Shown here piece by piece: positions 58,577-64,000 of a DNA stretch of 64,000 nt. Under the pieces are notes generated by a model. That model did no database searches and was not told the origin of the DNA. It saw nothing but the letters and a program-made list of their open reading frames with translations. The translations under genes and the position numbers were made by a program. The first letter of the stretch is position 1; every line of letters begins with the position of its first letter. The stretch is from positions 7,310 to 71,309 of the forward strand of contig CAZUZG010000001.1 in assembly GCA_964624665.1 (NCBI GenBank). The letters run 5' to 3'. This stretch comes from an uncultured Candidatus Saccharibacteria bacterium. Its GTDB lineage: Bacteria; Patescibacteriota; Minisyncoccia; Phycocordibacterales; UBA9973.

Positions 58577-58999
58577 TCATTTCATTAATATTCGTTGTAT
58601 TCCTTTTATCCTGTCACTAATTATCATCGCAATTTGCTCTGAATTATTAAGTGTAATTTCTAAATTTTGACTAAGATATATTGTCAGATAGTTCATCCCA
58701 TATTGTCCCTCATTAATCCAATATGAATAATCCGGATTATTATTTATCCGATTAAAAAAAGTGTCACGCTCTTGAAGCCTTTCTGCGCCTTCAAATAGAA
58801 GTTGGAATACAAATCCCTGATTATGCGGAATATTAAAAAAAACATCCTTGGGTAATCCAAAATTGCCGGTAATTCTAAAACGATTTCCGGTTGGTCCCTT
58901 CCTTGTAATCTCATCAAACTGAATCCCCAATTCATCTAAGATAGCTCTTATTATGTATTTACTTTCTTCAGTCATATTTGCGTAGTTAAAAAAGGCCAT
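58577..58999 (-). CDS. hypothetical protein
   Basis: 140-aa ATG-started ORF with ordinary globular composition. Confidence 0.55.
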   Translation of the reverse strand: MAFFNYANMTEESKYIIRAILDELGIQFDEITRKGPTGNRFRITGNFGLPKDVFFNIPHNQGFVFQLLFEGAERLQERDTFFNRINNNPDYSYWINEGQYGMNYLTIYLSQNLEITLNNSEQIAMIISDRIKGIQRILMK

Positions 59000-59076
59000 A
59001 ACTAAATAGCGCTAACCTTTACTTAGAAGAGTTTCTCTTAAAAACTCTTCTTTTATTTAAGCAAATGGTTACTTAA

Positions 59077-59289
59077 TTAATTTCTTGTATTTGTATTTGA
59101 AGCAATAATTTTCGCTTCCATCTCTTTTAACTTGGCATCCATTTTATCGCTGTTTCTCGAACTGACCGCCCAAATAGCAGCCGGAATCCAACCAATTAAA
59201 GTGCATTGAAGTATAAGACAGACAATACCTCTAAGAATTTTTCCATTTATTAGAAAAGAAAGCCATGGGAATAAGATTGCTAATAACAT
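59077..59289 (-). CDS. YqaE/Pmp3-family small membrane protein
   Basis: LAILFPWL..G....I.L.L..TLIGWIPAAIWA signature. Confidence 0.82.
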   Translation of the reverse strand: MLLAILFPWLSFLINGKILRGIVCLILQCTLIGWIPAAIWAVSSRNSDKMDAKLKEMEAKIIASNTNTRN

Positions 59290-59562
59290 AAAATTTGATT
59301 TTTTTCACTCACCTACTCATTGGCTTTTCGGCATTCGCCCCGTACTCTTTTATAAAAAGGATTTTCCGGTATTCCCTTGTTTATGGAGAATTAATTTTTT
59401 GCTACATGCAAAAAATTAAGCCCTGATAATGAAATCGAATGTATGTTAAAAATATCAAAATCACAATAAATTGATTAAAAAATTAAAAAAAACAGCTGTT
59501 TGCTTTACAAAAACACTTTCATTTGGAAAATGTTTACCTTTAAAGGAAATTAAATCAGAACG

Positions 59563-60216
59563 ATGCCAAGTAAAAAAATACCCAAAAATTATCAAGATTT
59601 TGACGTAGAGGAAGACGGTATAATTGCCAATGAATCCATTGTTAAGTATGACTCAAACGCAAATATTAAGAGGCCCAAAATAACTAATGGCGGCTTCCAA
59701 ATTAATATTCTTAAAGGTAAAATTGGACAAATTGTAGTTGAAAGTGTTTTGAATAATTTCAATTATCAAACATTCGCCTTTGGCTACGAGCATATTGTTA
59801 ATTCCACAACATTAAGCAAACTTGATTGGAAAAAGGAGGATGACAATACATCTAAACTTAGAATTAATCCGGATATATTGGTACTGAATGAAGAGAAAGG
59901 GCTGTTAATGCCCGTTGAAGTAAAATCGATTTTCAAGAATGATCGCGATAAACTTAATCTTACTAAAGTTAAATTTGAGATGTATCGTAAAAACTGGCCT
60001 CATGCTATTTTAGCAATATTCCACTATCAAACTTTTAAAATCTATTGTGAAGAATTTTGCAAGATTGAAGCAATAGATTCAACTAAGAAAATTGGCGAAG
60101 TTGAAATAAATTATCTAGGTCTTAAAAGCCTTTGCCATTTTTTTCCTGAGATTAAAGACGAAGCTCTAAACAACTATCTTAATATGATTTCAAAAGAAAT
60201 TTTCAAAGTAGAATAG
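59563..60216 (+). CDS. PD-(D/E)xK nuclease-like protein
   Basis: KGKIGQIVVE helix, NPDILV..VEVKS catalytic motif. Confidence 0.65.
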   Translation: MPSKKIPKNYQDFDVEEDGIIANESIVKYDSNANIKRPKITNGGFQINILKGKIGQIVVESVLNNFNYQTFAFGYEHIVNSTTLSKLDWKKEDDNTSKLRINPDILVLNEEKGLLMPVEVKSIFKNDRDKLNLTKVKFEMYRKNWPHAILAIFHYQTFKIYCEEFCKIEAIDSTKKIGEVEINYLGLKSLCHFFPEIKDEALNNYLNMISKEIFKVE

Positions 60217-60218
60217 AT

Positions 60219-61514
60219 CTAAAGCCGCCTGTTTCGATTTTTCAAATGCTCTTCTATCTCATCTTTATTCCTTGCATATTGCATCCGAGAAAATCTTATT
60301 ACATCATCCTTAAATGAAATATCTCTTTCAGGTATGGGCAAAGTTCTTGCACTAAATGGCCTGGAAGTCATTCCGTCAATCATTAGTTTTAAATATATGG
60401 AATGATTAGGTAAGTTTGCCAAGTCTTGTACGCCAAATACCGGTTTAAATTCATGTTCTAAATACCCAGCATCTTCTGCGCCAACTCTAAATGAAATAAT
60501 GGTTCCGGTATTGCCAAAAACTGCTGTTCTAATTTTCTCATGTAATTGCCCTACATACTGGTGCGCCAAGAGCAAGGATAAACCATACTTGCGGGCTTCC
60601 GAAAGAATATCACCAAAAGATAGATTGGCAAAAGAGCTGAACTCGTCTACATACAGATAAAAAGGCTTTCGCTCATGTTCTGCTTGATCAGCCCGCCGCA
60701 AGGCTGCAAGCTGCAATGTTGTAACAAACATCCCGCCCAAAAGCGCAGTGTTATCCTCCCCAATTTTTCCCTTTGAAAGATTAGCAATAAATATTTTCCC
60801 TTCATCCATTATGTTTTGAATCCGGAAGCTTCTTGATTCCTGGCCGACAATATTTCTAAGCGGTGGGCTTGATAAAAATTGTCCCATTTTATTTAAAATC
60901 GGCGCAACTGCTTCACTCTGCAACCAAGGTGAATATTTTTCAAATTCTCCCTGCCAAAAGGCTTTGATATATGGATTAGTTAATCGGCCAACAACTTTAT
61001 CTCGGAAAACCTTATCGGTTAAAAGTATTGGAATATCAAGCAATGTACTACGTGGGTTTTCCAATAAAGTAAATAAAGTATTTCTTAATATGTGTTCCAA
61101 TCTTGGTCCCCAAAATTCAAACCATATCTTTTTAAAAGTTGAAATTAATCCGGAAACTAATAAATGATGATTATCTGGGTGCACATTCCCCAGTGGATTA
61201 TATGCCATTGGAAAATCCAAATCCCCGGCATTGAAATATATGACATCAGCAATTCTTTCTTGTGGTACATGATTCAGTATTTCTTCAGACAAATCTCCAT
61301 GCGGATCAATCAACCCAATCCCCTTTCCTTTTTTAATATCAGAGATAACCATATTAGCTATAAGTGTTGATTTACCAACACCAGTCTTTCCCACAACATA
61401 GATATGTCCACTTCGGTCTTTGTCCTTGATACCGAAAACATCTTTAGTATTTCTATAATCGGTTGTACCGAAGTGGGTGACCGAATCAATATTCTCATTT
61501 TTGTTTTCATTCAT
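60219..61514 (-). CDS. VirD4/TraD-like coupling ATPase (short form, no TM)
   Basis: HIYVVGKTGVGKS, IDPHGDL, WGPRLEHILRN, YLYVDEF, SEARKYGLSL.LAHQY, GNTGTIISFRVG. Confidence 0.9.
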   Translation of the reverse strand: MNENKNENIDSVTHFGTTDYRNTKDVFGIKDKDRSGHIYVVGKTGVGKSTLIANMVISDIKKGKGIGLIDPHGDLSEEILNHVPQERIADVIYFNAGDLDFPMAYNPLGNVHPDNHHLLVSGLISTFKKIWFEFWGPRLEHILRNTLFTLLENPRSTLLDIPILLTDKVFRDKVVGRLTNPYIKAFWQGEFEKYSPWLQSEAVAPILNKMGQFLSSPPLRNIVGQESRSFRIQNIMDEGKIFIANLSKGKIGEDNTALLGGMFVTTLQLAALRRADQAEHERKPFYLYVDEFSSFANLSFGDILSEARKYGLSLLLAHQYVGQLHEKIRTAVFGNTGTIISFRVGAEDAGYLEHEFKPVFGVQDLANLPNHSIYLKLMIDGMTSRPFSARTLPIPERDISFKDDVIRFSRMQYARNKDEIEEHLKNRNRRL

Positions 61515-61521
61515 ATATTAT

Positions 61522-62514
61522 TTAAAATTTTGTAGAGCTAATAATTGCGACCATGATTTCTCGAATAACATTTACCGTAACTGCATTTCCTAAACACTTG
61601 TATCTCTGTGTATCGCTTACACCCTCGGTCCAGCCATCAGGAAACCCTTGCAATCGCTCGCACTCAGTCGGAGTGAAATAGCGCAATTTCATTCCATCAA
61701 CTGTTCCTTGAGACATGCTTGTGGTTAAAGTGTGTGTCTTATCTTTAATTACCCTGCCATGCCTTGTTTTACTACGGGGATAATCATAGGAAATACCATC
61801 TCCTTTTGTAGCGTATGTAAAGCCACCCTTTTTAGTGGCTTCAAATATTCTTAGTCTTTTCTTTTGTACCGGGATACGGATATAACCTCCATTGGACTGC
61901 GCCCCGTAATAGCGTGCTGTGAGTGTGGGCACAACAATATTCTTTTTGTCGCTCTTTCCGAAAGGAAATACTTTGGGTCTGCCGGTTCCTCTAAGATGTC
62001 CAATAATAAAGACTCTTTCTCTGTTCTGTGGAACTCCGAAATTCTTGCTGTTAAGCACTTGCCATTGCACGTCATACCCCAATTCAACAAGCGAGGTAAT
62101 GATGGTTTTAAAAGTTTTTCCGTTGTTGTGAGAAAGCAATCCTTTAACATTTTCAAGGAAGACAAGTCGAGGTTTTTTTGCTCGCAGTATTCTCGCAATT
62201 TCAAAAAAGACTTCCCCTCTGGAATCTTCAAACCCTTTTCTTTTCCCAGCAATGCTAAAAGCTTGGCAAGGAAACCCTCCAACGAGCAAATCGAAATCTG
62301 GGAGTTCCGATGTTTTGATTTTTGTGACATCTCCATAGTTTTTGTGATTACCAAAATGCCTTTCGTAAATGCAGGCTGCGTGCTTATCGATTTCCGCGTA
62401 ACCAACACAATCAAATTGTCGCCTTTTCTTAAAACTAACCTGAACAATTTTTAATGCTTGTTGTATGCCCAATTCAAAGCCCCCAATACCGCTGAATAAC
62501 GATAAATATTTCAT
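61522..62514 (-). CDS. dcm: DNA (cytosine-5) methyltransferase
   Basis: LFSGIGG, GGFPCQAFS, ENVKGL, QNRERVF, TPTECERLQGFP, GNAV motifs. Confidence 0.95.
   Translation of the reverse strand: MKYLSLFSGIGGFELGIQQALKIVQVSFKKRRQFDCVGYAEIDKHAACIYERHFGNHKNYGDVTKIKTSELPDFDLLVGGFPCQAFSIAGKRKGFEDSRGEVFFEIARILRAKKPRLVFLENVKGLLSHNNGKTFKTIITSLVELGYDVQWQVLNSKNFGVPQNRERVFIIGHLRGTGRPKVFPFGKSDKKNIVVPTLTARYYGAQSNGGYIRIPVQKKRLRIFEATKKGGFTYATKGDGISYDYPRSKTRHGRVIKDKTHTLTTSMSQGTVDGMKLRYFTPTECERLQGFPDGWTEGVSDTQRYKCLGNAVTVNVIREIMVAIISSTKF
61851..62336 (-). CDS. alternative-frame ORF nested in dcm (candidate MTase beta polypeptide)
   Basis: Same strand, different frame, fully inside dcm; contains NWGMTCNGKCLT..E..SLLLDILEEPADPKYFLSERA..IL. 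Confidence 0.5.
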   Translation of the reverse strand: MEMSQKSKHRNSQISICSLEGFLAKLLALLGKEKGLKIPEGKSFLKLREYCEQKNLDLSSLKMLKDCFLTTTEKLLKPSLPRLLNWGMTCNGKCLTARISEFHRTEKESLLLDILEEPADPKYFLSERATKRILLCPHSQHAITGRSPMEVISVSRYKRKD

Positions 62515-62592
62515 AGTAGGTTTAGAAGAACTATTTTTTTCCTTTCATTCTCGACCTAAACAAAATAGTATCTCTTTGAAAAATATATTGGC

Positions 62593-62632
62593 AGTAGTGG
62601 GAATTTTGCTTTAAAGCAAAATTCCCACTACT
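62593..62632. repeat. perfect 40-bp palindrome made of two copies of the dispersed motif
   Basis: AGTAGTGGGAATTTTGCTTT|AAAGCAAAATTCCCACTACT between divergent dcm and recombinase units. Confidence 0.92.
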
Positions 62633-62732
62633 TAACTCCTTCTCGATTGTAAGGATAATAGAACCCGGATTAAGTTCTTTCGGGTGATTTAATAATCAAG
62701 CCTTTATCCGACAAAAGCTACACATGTCGAAG

Positions 62733-62779
62733 TGATTTCAAAAAAGGGAGTAGTTCGGCTGCTTCCTTTTTTGAAATCA
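62733..62779 (+). other. long hairpin with TTCG loop upstream of the recombinase unit
   Basis: TGATTTCAAAAAAGGGAGTAG-ttcgg-CTGCTTCCTTTTTTGAAATCA with G.T wobbles on +. Confidence 0.7.
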
Positions 62780-62816
62780 ACCACGTCTATTAACAAATAA
62801 AAGGAGAAATGATAGT

Positions 62817-63086
62817 ATGAAAAAGTTACACAAAAGCCACAATGATACAAAAGAACTTGAACCTAAAGAGGGGCAACAGGGGCTTTTGTGTAACAACAAA
62901 GTATCATCCAGTTGTCCCTCTTTGGGTTTTGAGAAATTAGAAATTACTCCTGAAAGGATAAGGACATTTTGCGACTTAGGCATTACCCTTAAAAAAATTC
63001 ACACTAGGCTTTTAATGGAGGGATTTAAGTTTGAGGACGGAAAAATAATTGAACCCAATGAAAGAAAACAAAATCGAATTGAATAA
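62817..63086 (+). CDS. small hypothetical protein overlapping the recombinase start
   Basis: 89 aa with AAGGAG upstream; overlaps the recombinase by 29 nt. Confidence 0.5.
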   Translation: MKKLHKSHNDTKELEPKEGQQGLLCNNKVSSSCPSLGFEKLEITPERIRTFCDLGITLKKIHTRLLMEGFKFEDGKIIEPNERKQNRIE

Positions 63087-64000
63087 AAAATTCTCAGAGT
63101 GCTATTTCATTTACACACGAAAAAGCACCGATGATTCAGAAAATCAAAAAAACTCCATCGCGTATCAGGTGCTAGAAAATAAAAAATTTTCTGACAAAGA
63201 GAACATCAAAATTGCTCAAATAAACATTGAGGGATTTTGCACTAATGGAATTATTGAAGAACATCATTCTGGTTACAAGCAGGATGATAGTTTTGAATCA
63301 AATGATAATGGGACAATCACCTATAAAGTTCTAAGGCCAAAATTCCTTACGTTAATAAACTTCTTGAGGAGTAAAAAAATTAAAGGTGTAGTCTGCCTAT
63401 GTTGGGACAGATTAAGTAGAAATGAATCGGATGATGTAATAATTAAAAAACTAATTACTCAAGGAATTGATGTACGCTTTGTCCAGGCTAATTATGAAGA
63501 CAGTAGCTCCGGTGCTTTACACATGGATATAGACGGAATGTTCTCAAGGCATTACTCACGGGTTATAAGCGAAAAAGTAAAAGCAAGCTACAAAAAATTA
63601 AGGAGCGAAGGACGATGTCTTTATGCTGCTCCAATAGGATACTTAAATAAAGGGTCTGACGATAAACCCCTTGACCCAAAAAGAGCCCCCATTGTTAAAC
63701 AGATATTTGAGCTATATGCAACAGGGCAATGGAGTTTTATCTCACTCTCAAAGTGGGCAAACAAACAAGGATTAACAACAAAACCCTTACGCCGAAAAAG
63801 AACAAAAGAAGAAAAAGCAAATGGAATGGAATTAGAAAAGATTCCAAAAATAAACAAGGCTATTACAGCAAAGACAATTGAAAATATTCTAAAAAACCCT
63901 TTTTATACCGGTAAAATTGTTGCCAATGGCGCTATAATCGACAGCAAGGTCCATCAAGCCCTAATTGATACTAATCTATTTTACCAGGTGCAATCCTCAC
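63058..64000 (+). CDS. large serine recombinase (3' end outside window; absent from ORF track)
   Basis: MKENK..YFIYTRKSTDDSENQKNSIAYQ..RPKF..WDRLSRN..APIGY..PIVKQIFELYATG..ILKNPFYTG read directly from the DNA. Confidence 0.92.
   Translation, partial: MKENKIELNKKFSECYFIYTRKSTDDSENQKNSIAYQVLENKKFSDKENIKIAQINIEGFCTNGIIEEHHSGYKQDDSFESNDNGTITYKVLRPKFLTLINFLRSKKIKGVVCLCWDRLSRNESDDVIIKKLITQGIDVRFVQANYEDSSSGALHMDIDGMFSRHYSRVISEKVKASYKKLRSEGRCLYAAPIGYLNKGSDDKPLDPKRAPIVKQIFELYATGQWSFISLSKWANKQGLTTKPLRRKRTKEEKANGMELEKIPKINKAITAKTIENILKNPFYTGKIVANGAIIDSKVHQALIDTNLFYQVQSS

Larger units (their letters stand above)
3720..64000. mobile_element. large integrative element / genomic island (boundaries not resolved)
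   Basis: Two serine recombinases, two VirD4-like ATPases, Rep-type HTH, DNA MTases, TA and defence cargo, shared end motif, no core genes. Confidence 0.6.

Noticed and set aside
59300-59400. GC-richer patch upstream of the Pmp3 gene as a riboswitch
   Set aside because: Could not fit a convincing known aptamer fold by eye; needs an Rfam scan.
61864-62454. 196-aa antisense ORF in dcm
   Set aside because: Opposite strand, no motifs; only the same-strand nested frame carries an MTase-related segment.
63621-63857. 78-aa minus-strand ORF
   Set aside because: Antisense to the recombinase that runs off the window end.

Overview
AT-rich accessory region with no core housekeeping genes, rRNA, tRNA or CRISPR array seen. 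It reads as one large mosaic mobile island. A putative backbone is split between the left end (XRE, HTH replication-type protein, RuvC-like, SymE, 1015-aa VirD4/TraD-like ATPase) and the right end (431-aa VirD4/TraD-like ATPase, C5 DNA methyltransferase, large serine recombinase running off the window); a shared ~19-bp motif links the two ends. Between them lie defence/toxin-type cargo (EVE-like + PD-(D/E)xK pair, HNH, Ntn-hydrolase-like, small alarmone synthetase), a second serine recombinase fused to an HTH next to long DNA/RNA hairpins, an IS1380 remnant, and a ~28-kb minus-strand Bacteroidota-type operon. In that operon an RHS/YD shell appears to be distributed over three giant signal-peptide proteins, alongside a T9SS type-B adhesin, Skp and LolA-like proteins, a HExxH toxin tip and a probable immunity gene. 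All family assignments come from motif recognition by eye; no searches were run.
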